64,000 bases of DNA from Octopus sinensis (Eukaryota). Shown here one piece after another: positions 12,771 through 25,529 of this stretch (the first letter of the stretch is position 1; each line of letters starts with the position of its first letter). The notes below the pieces were generated by a model, which made no database searches, was not told where the DNA came from, and saw nothing but the letters and a program-made list of their open reading frames with translations. A program made the position numbers and the translations under genes. Location: assembly GCF_006345805.1 (NCBI RefSeq), contig NC_043006.1, positions 15,872,001-15,936,000 on the forward strand. Reading direction: 5' to 3'.

Positions 12771-14361
12771 GAGATGAGTTTAAGAGTCTACCCATACATC
12801 TCCCTTTGTATTCCACCCTAAGCGCATGCGCATATCTGCATATTTTCATCTACCTTGGGACAGAACTTTCCATAGCCATTAACATAAACTTTCTCACTCA
12901 TAACGCCTGAATGTTCTCATAAAGTAACTTTCCCAACTAAAGCGCGCTTCATATTCAAGGCACGGATGAAGCTAAAGGATGGTGTCCTGCTACTCATCTA
13001 ACAGTCCACCATATTTTATAGCAAAACAACTGTAAGCTAATGAAGTTCATAGCATAGCACTTGGCTGTTCAAGTATCATCTCTTTGTTTTCGATATATAT
13101 ATGGGGGGGGGGGGTAAAAGAGTCAAGGTAGAAAATACTAAAATAATTTTATGAAAGACATTTCAGTTCCGGTCTCAGTCATTATAAGTATTTGTCTAAT
13201 TATAAGTATTTGTCTAAATTTTCTATTACATATATATAAATATATATAATACTGTCACGGTATCAACTTGACTATCAGTTATTTTACACTGCTAGACACA
13301 AAGCGATTTCGTGGGTTTAGATTTTGAATGATACCACCTCGCTGACTAAGCGGGGCAGTCGACATTCTCCCTGAACGCAACACCAGTCTGTCACACCTTT
13401 CCCGTTTGGAGTTGTGTGGACTGGATTAAGGTGAAAATAATGCTTTTTGCTCAAAGAATACAACGTACATTCTCTCTGGGAATCGAAACGACTATCTCGT
13501 AATCTTGAGTGCAACAGCCAAAGCACTGGGCCACCCGTCATCATAACTCACACACAGATCTTTGTGCGCATACATTTTTCTGTGTGTGCGTAAGCAATAT
13601 ATTTTTAGAATACCGTCATTTTTAATGCTTCACATTTACATATCATGTCTTAAAAGGTTAGGTATGACTCTTCAGGCTGAATGGAATATATAAATTTATT
13701 TCCATGGATTTAAATTTATTTGTTATTAAATTATTCAGGCCTTATGCACTATAAAGCCTGGTGTTACTTCATTTAATATTTAGATGCATTCGAAGGTGGC
13801 GAGCTAGCAGAATCGTTTGCATGCCTGAAAATATGGCTACCAGCATTTTCGTACGCCTTTACGTTCTGAGTTCAAAATCTGCCGACTTCGCATTTCATCC
13901 TTTTTGAGGTCGATAAAATAAGTACTCCGAAATTGCTGGCTTTGTGCCAACATTTGAAAGCAATATTTAAGTGTTATTCTAAAATATCGGTTTCAAATTT
14001 TGGTACAAGGCCAGCAATTTCGGGGGAGTGGTCAAGTCGATTCATATGATACTTCTTTTATCGACTCATAAATGACGAAAGGTAAAGTAAAGTTTGACAG
14101 AATAAGATGCATTTCAAAATATTACCGTTTATAGTCCGTTTCGGAGATATCTGAAAACTACTGAAAAAGTATTCGAATATTAAAACGTAAAACAATATCT
14201 TTGGTGATATTTGAAACTACGCACTATGTCGTCGATAATGTTACAGATTCTGGTAGAGTGCTTCAAGTGAACATGAATTATCATTAATTCATATTAGTTG
14301 GAAAGTGAAACATTAAGAAAATATATTTTCTATTTTACAAATGCTTTTGAGTCACGTCAAA

Positions 14362-14655
14362 AGACTCCGCCGGTTACGACGACGAGGGTCCCAGCTGATA
14401 CGATCAACGGAACAGCTTGCTCGTGAAATTAACGTGCAAGTGGCTGAGCATTCCACAGACACGTGTACCCTTAACGTAGTCTCGGGGATAATCAGCGTGA
14501 CACAGAGAGTGAAATAAAAGTACAAATCATTTTGCCAGCTGGTGGATGGAGCAACGTGAAATAAAGTGTCTTGCTCAAGGGACACAACGCGTCGCAGGGA
14601 ATCGAACTCACAACCTTACGATCATGACCGAATTCCTAACCACTAAGCCACGCGC
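14362..14655 (-). mobile_element. tRNA-derived SINE sharing the family C 3' body but with a different head
   Basis: 3' body matches 7700-7850; 11-bp TSD TTGAGTCACGT at 14347-14357 and 14656-14666. Confidence 0.85.
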
Positions 14656-16364
14656 TTGAGTCACGTAAGAGAGGCTGGTTAGAAGTTCCTTGCTTTGGGT
14701 AAAAGAAAATACAGGAGGATTAGTTAATTGTAATTTTATTCAACATATTCCCGTCACCGATTCACAGGCTTATTGCAGTACTCCTTCAGTAATTCTAAGT
14801 CCTTTAAAAGAACTCAGAAAGTTGGGCCTTTGCCAAAGGTGCAACACAGTGAGACTGAACTCAGAACCATGTGGAAGGGGACAAAATTCCTTAAAAGACA
14901 CACACCTACACACACACACACACACTAAATTGCAAGAGAAAGAATCTTTAGCATATTTATTAATTATTGTAAAACCAAAATAAAATAGCTTGAGAGATAT
15001 CATTCAACCACGGTAGTGGTTGAATATATTCTTAAGTCGTCAATCGCAGCAGCTTCCAAGCTTCACCACCAATTCACTTTTCAACTAAATTGCAAACTGT
15101 TAACAGTTTTAAAGAGGACAGCTCCTCACCAACACTTTGGCACAAATAGTTTAAGATTTGGTTCAGTAGAGAAAAAGTTACGTCAAAATATCTGCGACCT
15201 CAAGGGGGGCAGTAAGGCAAATATTCATCTTCAATTAACATAATTCTTTTTTTAATTTTAAATTAAAAACATACTTTTTATAAGCTCAAAGGGCAGAAAA
15301 ATGCATGAGAAGTTCAGAATCGTTTGTCGCATTGAACAAAAATTAGTAGAAAAAGAGTTATGAGGTAAAATGTTACGAAATTTAATGTCAGCAAGTAAGG
15401 GAGTCACGCTTAAGCAAAAATAATAAAGAATATATTTCTAAATGAATATTGACATTCTAAGGCGGTGAGCTGGCAGAAATGTTATCGAGGCGGGCGAAAT
15501 GCTTGGTGGTATTTCGTCTGTCTTTACGTTTTGAGTTCAAATTTCGCTGAGGTCGACTTTGACGTACAGATTATTTAATTATTTTTTTAAAACTAAACAC
15601 TTTCATACTTCCGATACTAGTAGAATGTGTCACATAGAGCAGGGTTTACTCTTAATGTTTTTGACAAAAGTTTGTATTTTAGAAGCGGTATTTCGTTTGT
15701 CTCTACGTTCTAAATTCAAATTCTGCCTTTCATCCATTTCGGATCTATTTAATTAGACGTACAGATTAGTTAATTAATTTTTTAACTAAACACTTTCAAA
15801 CTTCTGATACTGGTAGAATGAGTCACATAGAACAGGGTTTACTCTTAACATTTTTGACAAAATTTTGTATTTTAGAAATTATTTCGTCAGAAGTTACAGA
15901 GTGACAATGGACAAATTCGTGTCTGATATGTGCCAATACACGAAACTCTCAGCTTTTGACTTACTCTCTAACTCCTGCCGATGATATATATATACATATT
16001 ACATCCCGGAACCATTGCAATATTTTTTCGTTGAATGAATTCCTGTGACCACCTAATATTGCAAAATTAGGTTACTTAAGGTGAGCCTGGTAACTGATGG
16101 TGTTGGGTTCTTTTTTTAAACTTTTGGTGAGCCATGGCGCAAACAACAACATGGTAAAAATCCCTGCCAGTAATCTGGTGTGGATGGGTAATATCAAATA
16201 ATTCAATCACAACATATAATTATATTAAACACAAAAAGAATTGAAATATTATCATCACTTACATGGAAAAATTGAAATATTATCTTTTAGTATTTCATAC
16301 GGTAAAATCTTATATTATTAATTCATACATTTTAATTATCTTAATGTCTGGAAAAATCATGGAG

Positions 16365-16965
16365 TACATGGAAAATGCGAGCAAGAAAAGTAGGACAAGT
16401 TATTATACCTGGAAAAGTATAGAAGCTATTATTTCTAGTAAAGTAAAGAATAAGAAACTTTTTACTTAAATTATTTTAAGTAAAAAGTTTCTTATGCAGC
16501 CAAAATTAAAATTTGAATATTAAAACTTATTTTATTATAGTCTACAAATAACGCTAAGTAAAACTTGGTTAATTTACTACCTTAAATACAGAAAAAAGTG
16601 ACTAATTAGACAAACTTACAAATTAGCTGAACAGTTTTGAACAATAAATTTAAAAGATGAGAACTGTACAGAGTGATAAATTAGAACTGGCATTCTTTGC
16701 TGCAATATTTTAAGTAAAAAAGTTTCTTATTCTTTACTTTACTAGAAGTAATAGCTTCTCCTATACTTTTCCAGATGTAAAAACATGTCCTGTACTTTTC
16801 CAGGTATATAATCTTAAGAATATTACTTTTCATGGTCGCATTTTCTCATGCAATATATATATATATATATATGTGTATATATATGTATATATTACATGGG
16901 AAAATGTGACCACGAAAAGTAATATTCTTAAGATTATAAACCCGGAAAAGTACAGGACAAGTTTT
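16365..16965. mobile_element. Foldback/MITE-like element with long, internally repetitive inverted arms plus an extra terminal arm
   Basis: About 16365-16470 is the reverse complement of about 16705-16850. 16893-16965 mirrors 16780-16850 across a (TA)n tract. Confidence 0.75.
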
Positions 16966-17006
16966 ATATATATGGCAAATGAAAGACGTAAGATGGAATA
17001 TACAAG

Positions 17007-17055
<49 letters not shown>

Positions 17056-17238
17056 CGTTTTGGGATTTGGTTAAATTATAAGGCACAAAGAGAAAATGAC
17101 TCTCCCCAGACAGAACAGTATGTATATATATATATATATATATATCTATATATATATATATATATATATATATTTCGTTTTGGGATTTGGTTAAATTATA
17201 AGGCACAAAGAGAAAATGACTCTCCCCAGACAGAACAG

Positions 17239-17288
<50 letters not shown>

Positions 17289-17589
17289 GGTGTGTGTGTG
17301 TGTATGTATGTATGTATGTATGTATGTATGTATGTATGTATGTATGTATGTATGTATGTACGTATGTACGTATGTATATTCTTTACTAGCTACATTTTGA
17401 GAGCTGCAGGCATGCTGGAGACGTAATGTTAGGGAAAATGTTTGATCTGTCCCAATATTTGAAAAGTGATTTTCTTACATTAAAGTTAATTAAATATATG
17501 AAAAAAATCTTAAAAAGGAAACAGATTAACACAGACCTGATTGAATGAATTTCTCGTGTAAGCGCTTTTTGAAGTCTTCTGCCTTTCAA

Positions 17590-17740
17590 ATACACATACT
17601 TCCGTCTACCAAATCCACTCACAAGGCTTTGGTCGGCCCGAGGCTATGGTAGAAGACACTTGTCCAAGGTGCCACGCAGTGATAATGAACCCGGAACCAT
17701 GTGGTTGGTAAACAAGCTACTTACCACACAGCCACTCTGG
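17590..17740 (-). mobile_element. SINE family A, 5' half
   Basis: Head and central segment only. Confidence 0.75.
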
Positions 17741-18321
17741 GGCCTATGCTTACCACACAGCTACTACTGTTGCCTATTTCTTTTCTGATATCTTATATCT
17801 CTACAATTCAAGTTTTTTTTTGTTTTGTTTTTGTTTTTGTATGTGACACGCAGATTAAAATTTCCTTCATAAGCGGTTTCTAAACAACATTCTTTCTGAA
17901 CAACGTTAATTTGACTTACGAAATTACTTAGCAATAAATGAAATTTGAAAATACTTCAAAAGTAAATGCTAAAGGAAGGGAATAAAATTAATATCAATTT
18001 ATTTTGATCTAAACACAAGAACCACATTTGATTTAGTCTATTCAAACCAATTAGGAAGTTGGTTATTCGTAAGTCCGACATTTATAAAACGCTGAATACG
18101 CTAATTCCATGTCTATTAGGATTATCTTTCTCAGTCTGTCTCTCTGACTGTATGTCTCTCCTTCTCCCTCACTTTCTCTCTTTCTCTACCTTTGCAATTA
18201 TATATATATATATATAATAGTAGGATTGCAATTTGCAGTAGAAACATGTGTAGGTCTAACTGAAGCTATATATATATATATACAGGTATTAAAGGCAATG
18301 CTATGCTACTTCGTAATAATC

Positions 18322-18470
<149 letters not shown>

Positions 18471-18499
18471 ATATATATTATATATATATATATATACAT

Positions 18500-18665
18500 A
18501 TAGGGAGAGTTTACGAAAAAAAAAACAAAAGACGAAGACAGTGGCGTACAAAACAAAGAGATGTATTAGTATAACGTTCAGGAATAGAAAAAAAGTCTTT
18601 TACGTTTCGAGCCTACGCTCTTCTACAGAAAGGGACACAGAAAAAAACAAGGAGAGAAGTTCCAC
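18500..18665 (-). mobile_element. Penelope-like terminal-repeat fragment, copy 2
   Basis: AGGGAGAGTTTACGAAAAAAA...GTTTCGAGCCTACGCTCTTCTACAGAAAG, abutting (TA)n. Confidence 0.6.
18597..18632 (-). ncRNA. Second copy of the CUGUAGA hammerhead-like motif
   Basis: Identical motif to 10664-10699, within a second copy of the same repeat. Confidence 0.4.
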
Positions 18666-18973
18666 TTCACAGACTCGAACGTATCCGACTTGGCAAGACG
18701 TCGCCAGATAGCTGATACGACGAAACTTGAAATTCTTTGTCAGTCTCATCCTTATAAATTTTCATAAATATTTGCTCTATTAATTTATATTCTATAGAGT
18801 CATCCTTTAGTTTAATGTTAAATTATTTTGTTGTTTTTTTCTTATAAAATCAAGCATTAATATAATGTACATATTTTAATGTGGGCCTTTATGTGAAGTT
18901 ATATACCAAGAACATTATGTATTTGTATGTGTGTGAAGGTGTGTGTGTGTGTGTGTATTTATGTATGTATGTT

Positions 18974-19016
<43 letters not shown>

Positions 19017-22000
19017 ATACGTATTTATTAATGTATGTAATTTATTAAACAATATACGTTAAGCTCCATTTACCTTGTTGTGAGTCTTGTAACACGGTTC
19101 TGCACTTATAATTCCTGATATATTGCTCATGAAATCTTTAGTTTTGAAAATTGTTAATTTTTTACGATTATTGTTTTTTACACTTTTATTATTTGTTATT
19201 TATATATTTTATATTCTTATATTTTTCGTCTTTAGCCAATCGCAAAGGCTGAGTGATTAAATAGCTGAACTCATATCTGCCATATTTTCTGTCTATATTC
19301 CGTCACTCTTGGCCTCGTGAGTTTCCAACCAAGACATTGACATTTAACTAATTTTTAATTGTTCGCAATTAGCACACACATGAAAATATGTATTTGTCTT
19401 TTGTGTTCTAAAACCTCAAGTTATGATCACAAATTTTGTTTCTTCTAATGAAATATTAAATTAGTTGACGCGTGAGTGAGAGTGGTGTATGGCGTTTACC
19501 ATACTGAATTACCAATACTAAAATTGCTTCTGATTTCGGCATATTGCCAGCATTTCTTCGTGGAGAGAATTAGGGAACATTGATAGCAGTACTTGACTTT
19601 TCTCCTGTTTTATTAACCCTGAAGGGATGAAATGCAAAGTCGACATAGGAAGGGAATTACATTCAGAACGTAAAATGCTCGAAGAAATACCACCAGGTAT
19701 TTTCTCAGATGTTCAAATGATTCTTCTCACGCCCTGACCCTTGTTACGGAAGCAAAAAAGTTATTGATCTAGGACAAATAAAAATAAGTGTGAACTGATG
19801 CTCTAATTGCAAATCTCTGCTTTGTAGAAGCGAACAAATGTATTTAAATTTCGGGTGAAGTATTTTCATATCTCTTCGGCCATACTATGAATTAAAGACA
19901 ACCCCTTAAGCTGATGATTTGGTTGAAAATGAGATTACTGTCCTAAGCGTCATACGATGTATTTGCTTCTCTCCCACTGCATTCAAATATTAGTTTTCTC
20001 TTTATGCTCTGGGCGCAAAATTTCAAGTGTCACTACATTTGTTGTCGACTGAAATTACCAACAAAAAAAACCAAAGATTTAACTTCTTGTTTGTCAAAAG
20101 TAACCAGTTTTACAAAACACTATCTTTTAATATTTTCATTGTTATTTTAAACATAAAACTATGTCGTTGTTTTCCTCTTTTTCTTTTTGTTTTACGGTAG
20201 TCTTTTGCTTCGAGTACAAATCGTTTAAGGTTTTAATTTTCTGGTTCGCTTATTATGTATCAATAGCGTGCTTAAATGGGACTAATTAACTGAAATCTCG
20301 ACACGTCGCGTAACGCAAATCTGTCTTCGATTTTGCAGGATCATTAATATTGACTACTGATCATATGTGATCAAGTTTCTTATAATTATTCTCTTTCTCA
20401 AACCGGTCTCTTGTGCATACAAAATAAATTATTGCAGATTAGTCCAGCAGATTGAGTAAATTGATTTCTTAATAAAACATAACGTGACATATTTTACAGA
20501 TGATTGAGCATGTGATGATTGTATGACGGTCCAGTAATCCCAAGGGGCATTAGCAAAGCAACTCAAGTAGAATATAACTTTGATTCAAAACAGAATTGTT
20601 ACAGATACGGTTTTGCCAAGAACTTATTTCAACTTTGTGGCGTTTGCCAAACTCGTTTCGAGTATTGATTCCATAGGACTGGGAATAAACTTACAGAATT
20701 AAATAAAGAAGGCAAGAAACTAGCTGGTTTCGTGCCATCTCATCTCAGACATTCTCATATCAACCATATTTTATTTTCTGGTTATCCATATTATATATAT
20801 ATCCACCTTCCTCCAGTCCTCCACTAACCACTTTTTTCCAATTCTTCCTCCCTTGAACATCAGATCTACACAACTTTCCTTCCTTTATTTTCTTGCAGAC
20901 ATCAAACTGCAACTATTCAAGAGGAAAATTAAAAGCCTCGACTTTCCCTGCCTCCGTTAGTTTTCGACAACATTGGGTACTATTCTTTAACCCAGACCAC
21001 ACTAATGGGTGCTCATATGTTTTATGCTAGTCCTTTAACAACGTAAGGGAAGATAATTTATTTTAACTAGAGGGCCTGGCTCATCTTAATCCACAGCTTC
21101 TATCACATAGCTATTAAATACTACTGATGATGCAATACTGTATTCGAATTTTATTGTGCAAGTCACTGCGCAATTAAATGAGGAAATTTTATTTTCAAAC
21201 TACAAAAACCTCAATACAGCAAACCTTTCATTCAATGTTTCAAACTAATAAGATTAATAAATTTGCATGTTGTATTGGAGTAGATTAATCTAAGGGAATC
21301 AGGCAGAAGTCTTAGAATTGACGTCTCCAACTCAGTATTCAGTCATATGACCTGCTAGAAAGCGTATTTTAAATAACTTGACTTTGTCGCATACTGCGGC
21401 AGGTCAGAATGTAACAATACAAGATGGAGAATTGGTGATATATTTATAGGGTTTACAAGATCTTTACAATATCTGTTCCTGCTTTTGCGATCTGATAGCA
21501 ATACTTGTATTAACACTGAAGCCAAGTTCCATCGGCTTAAGTCAAGTCGGTTGCCTTTCCATTAGGTAAATATCGTTTGTATAGAAAGAGAAGACTTATA
21601 TAGAGGAGTCTTGTGTAGAAAGAAAAGACTCGAAAGCGATAGCTGGTCTTACTAGAAAAAATTTTTATCCAAAGCTCGGTATGCATATGCAGTTACATGA
21701 TCGACTTGGGCCGTGTGTGTGTATATATATATATATATATATGTATATGTATATGTGCGTATGTGTGTGTGTGTGTGTATGTGTCTGTGTGTGTAACATA
21801 TATATATATATAACATATATATAATACATATATAACATATAATATATATGATACATATGTATGTATATGCATACATACATATATATATAACGAAATAATA
21901 TATGGTACAATACATATATATATATATATATATACATACAACTAATAAGGGTGAGAAAATTGGTTACTAATTTAATAGTACCATCAATTTAACACCAAGT

Positions 22001-22469
22001 GGCTTATAATTACACTACATTTAATATTTGATGTAGTATCTGTTTCCGTGAATTTTGGCTAGCTTTAGCAGGGGCACTTGAATTATAACGGCGAATGCAA
22101 TCGACTGAACCACATGTGTGTTTATCGTTATGGTAAAACCTAGCATGCGGTTGAGTAAATTGTATTCTTGACAAATTCAGCTGAGGAGCTACAGATATGT
22201 TATGTGAGTAAAATTACATAATTTATTAATAGCGAAACAATTGTCCTGAATTAATCTGCATTTTTAAAATTTTTTACTTGCCCTACTCGTTTACGCTAAT
22301 AGGTGTGCTAACTTTCATCGGAAACAATTCTTCGTAGCTAAACCGTAGCAGATCTATTTTTAGTGCTAGAGTAGACCACATAGTGGTCACTCTCTTACAT
22401 TTACATATTTATATATATATATATATATATATATAACGTAATAATATGTGATATGATATATACATTTAT

Positions 22470-22805
22470 GTACATGATGGCTGCCCCCTCGTTATCGACT
22501 ATGGCCATTGCACGAAGCTTAACTGTTATTGGTGCTGTGATCGAATGTGACATTTTAGCCCAGCTAAAGATCTACAATGTCTTGTACAGAATTGGCAACT
22601 AAAACCTTTACCGGTAATAGCCGGCTGTAGTTGTAACTGGGCTTCATGTACCCTAGCATGTTGTTTACACTCTCTTCCACACACATTCCCAACAGATATG
22701 ATTAGTATGGTGTGTAACACCACCACCAGTGGCCAGGTTGTCACTTATCTGTCTCGCTTTATGACTACGAAGATGACTCATGAGTCCAGCTTTACTGAGG
22801 CATGT
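22470..22805 (-). mobile_element. RTE/BovB-like LINE 3' end with C2H2-like zinc fingers
   Basis: CLSKAGLMSHLRSH and CQFCTRHCRSLAGLKCHIRSQH, frameshifted and truncated by (TACA)n. Confidence 0.7.
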
Positions 22806-22921
22806 ATGTACATATATGTACATACATACATACATACATACATACATACATACATCATACATACACACACATACATACATACACACATACATACATACAT
22901 ACATACATACACACACATACA

Positions 22922-22953
<32 letters not shown>

Positions 22954-23051
22954 CATACATACATACATAAATACATTCATACATACATACATCCATACAC
23001 ACACACACACATACATACATACATACATACATACATACATACATACATACA

Positions 23052-23085
<34 letters not shown>

Positions 23086-23112
23086 CATACAAATATAAAT
23101 ATATACATACAT
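22805..23112. repeat. (TACA)n microsatellite
   Basis: Directly visible; representative of dozens of TA, CA, TACA and GATA tracts in the window. Confidence 0.95.
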
Positions 23113-24130
23113 ACTGTGTCATGTGCTAGGAATTGATTAATTCGTCTTGTCAGCGCATATTTTGCTATGCGAATTAATCCCATTAGTTTAGCTGGATCAT
23201 AGTTTGCTAGAAATGCTATAAAGAGGTATAGGCTACACTTTATTCTGTAAGCGTTGGGTAGCGATTCATTCATAGTTTTTCTGTCAGAGGTGTAACAAGA
23301 CCAGAAATTGCTCACAAAGAAAAATAACTTGCAGTGTGCCGCTTCCTTTATTGTTCACAGCGAGTCTGAAATTGTGAATTTACCAGAAATATAAGGCACA
23401 TCAAGCAATACACCTTAGCTCATCCACAAGTGCTGTGCATATCTCTCTGAATGTCAGCTGTCCAGTTCTGTCACTACCATGACAACTTATATACTTTTAA
23501 ATATGCTTCCTTATTAGCCACACAGGGCTGCACACAGACGGGACAGATTACAAAGTAGAGCTTTTCTTTTTAGGCGAGAAAAAAAGAAAAAGTGGGGTAG
23601 GTTTTCGATCAAAAGTGACCGTAAAAGGGAAAGAAGAAAAAAAAAGGAAAAGAAAAAGAAAAAAACACGATCAATAGGGATCGTGTATCACAGTGTCATG
23701 ATGTAAAGTGTAAAGGGGGTAATAGATAAGGTTTATCCGTGGAAAGAAAAACCTACGGAAAAGACCACGGTAACCTCGGTCAATAATGTTACATGTTACC
23801 ACATTTGTTTGCAAGTAGGTAACCCTCTGTTTTAAATTTTCTGGGTTCATAAGATTATGCTCAAAGTGGCTTCGTCATTCATACGTGCTATCCTTGCTAC
23901 ATTCATCCATCTTTTCTTGAAACATTCGCTAGACAAAACTTGCCTCTCTACTCTCACTTTCCTAAACTAACAAGGTTAGCTGAGAAGTAGTTTGCGTTCT
24001 CTGCGAGCTGTTACAGCTATTAATATAGTTGCGGACGAAGACTGGGCATTCTTAAACTCATTAGATTTCTTTATTTACATAATTACTTTGTTAATTCTAT
24101 ATATCACACAAGTACACTTACCCACTCACA

Positions 24131-24163
<33 letters not shown>

Positions 24164-24167
24164 TATT

Positions 24168-24349
24168 ATTGTTTTCTACTCTAGGCATAAGGCCCGAAAT
24201 CTTTTGGGAAGTGGGCAAATCGATTAGATCGACCCCAGTACAAAATTGGTACTTAATTTATCGACCCCGAAAGAATGAAAGGCAAAGTCTACCTCGGCGG
24301 AATTTGAACTCAGAATTAACGGCAGACGAAATACAGCTAAGCATTTCGC

Positions 24350-24352
<3 letters not shown>
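24168..24352 (-). mobile_element. SINE family B variant
   Basis: Reverse complement of the family B core with an alternative tail. Confidence 0.75.
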
Positions 24353-24400
<48 letters not shown>

Positions 24401-25226
24401 GGAGAGAGAGGAAAACGAAGTTACGTTACAGAAATGTGTTGACTGCACGCTTCTCATCGAGTCATTGTTCCATCGTTCCGACTTGGATATCTCTCAATAA
24501 AGTACAATAAAGTACTTTCCAACTCTGCGTTCTTGTTTCTTGAGAAATTATTTTTTCATGATATTCCAATAAAATTTACATGTTATAAAACTGAATAAAA
24601 TCTCATCACTGATTAAATTGTAAATTTGCAAATATTCTCGTTAACCTCTGTATTTGAAATGAGTTGCACCGTTAAATCAATGGCAATCTTCTAGTTCTGA
24701 TGAATTATTTGACGAGAGAGAAAGAGAGAGGGAGGGAGAGAAAGAGAGAGAGAGAGAGAGTAGACAGAAATTCGACATGTTTTTTAAATGGACTCTTTTC
24801 TTTTGTCTTGGATATAACTCAACGTACGCGATATTCTTTGGGCATGTTCTCATTTCGTGTTCAATTGGAAAAGAAAAGCAAGCCGGATGTATAGACTGTG
24901 GGCGGGTTTGTTCTCTTATATTTGAATTACTAACTACTTCAACGATGACGACATAAAATTGTGTTGTGTTGCTAAGTAAATAGAGAGAAGGAATTGCATT
25001 GTTTTATGCCGACGGGTTATCGAAGTTCTAAAGTGCGATATAAAAGCTAAACTTCTCAGCTGGAGGCGGGAATATATTTTATTAGTTGATCCCACGTGTT
25101 TTATTTTTAAGGAAACCGCTTTGAAATCTTCAACACAAAAATGATTTCAACTCGATTTTTCACGTCATCTTATTGAAACACTAACTCAATCACAGCTTTG
25201 GGTAAATAAAAGAATATATACAGATA

Positions 25227-25529
25227 CTAGCAGTATCGCCCGGTGTTGTTCGGGTTTGTAAGGGAAATAACTATATAAGCATTTTTAGAGAGTTACTTCC
25301 CTTGTATAAACCGAGCAAAAATCCTTAAAAATGCGGAAAAATGATGGTAATTTTATTTAAAATTTGTAGACTCATCGTAGACGCGCGCTAATACCTAGAA
25401 GGGCTCGATATGAATCACGACTATAAGATACCCGCGTTTGGTTAAACTGAACCGCAAAATGTGGGAGTAGTTAGGAATCTAAATCGGAGTAGACAGACAC
25501 ACACACAACTTTAGTTTTATATATAAAGA
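25227..25529 (-). mobile_element. Non-autonomous Helitron (303 bp)
   Basis: Minus strand A|TCTTTATATATAAAA...CTAG|T (insertion between A and T, 5' TC, 3' CTAG), with subterminal hairpin CCCGG/TCGGG at 25239-25254. Confidence 0.8.

Noticed and set aside
17053-17243. Exact ~70-bp duplication separated by (TA)n, 120-bp period
   Set aside because: Identical copies between TA tracts are readily produced by slippage or misassembly; no functional signal.
19945-20051. Signal-peptide-like ORF MYLLLSHCIQILVFSLCSG (and similar at 553, 19129, 25711)
   Set aside because: No convincing in-phase donor. These show that hydrophobic short ORFs arise by chance in T-rich DNA.
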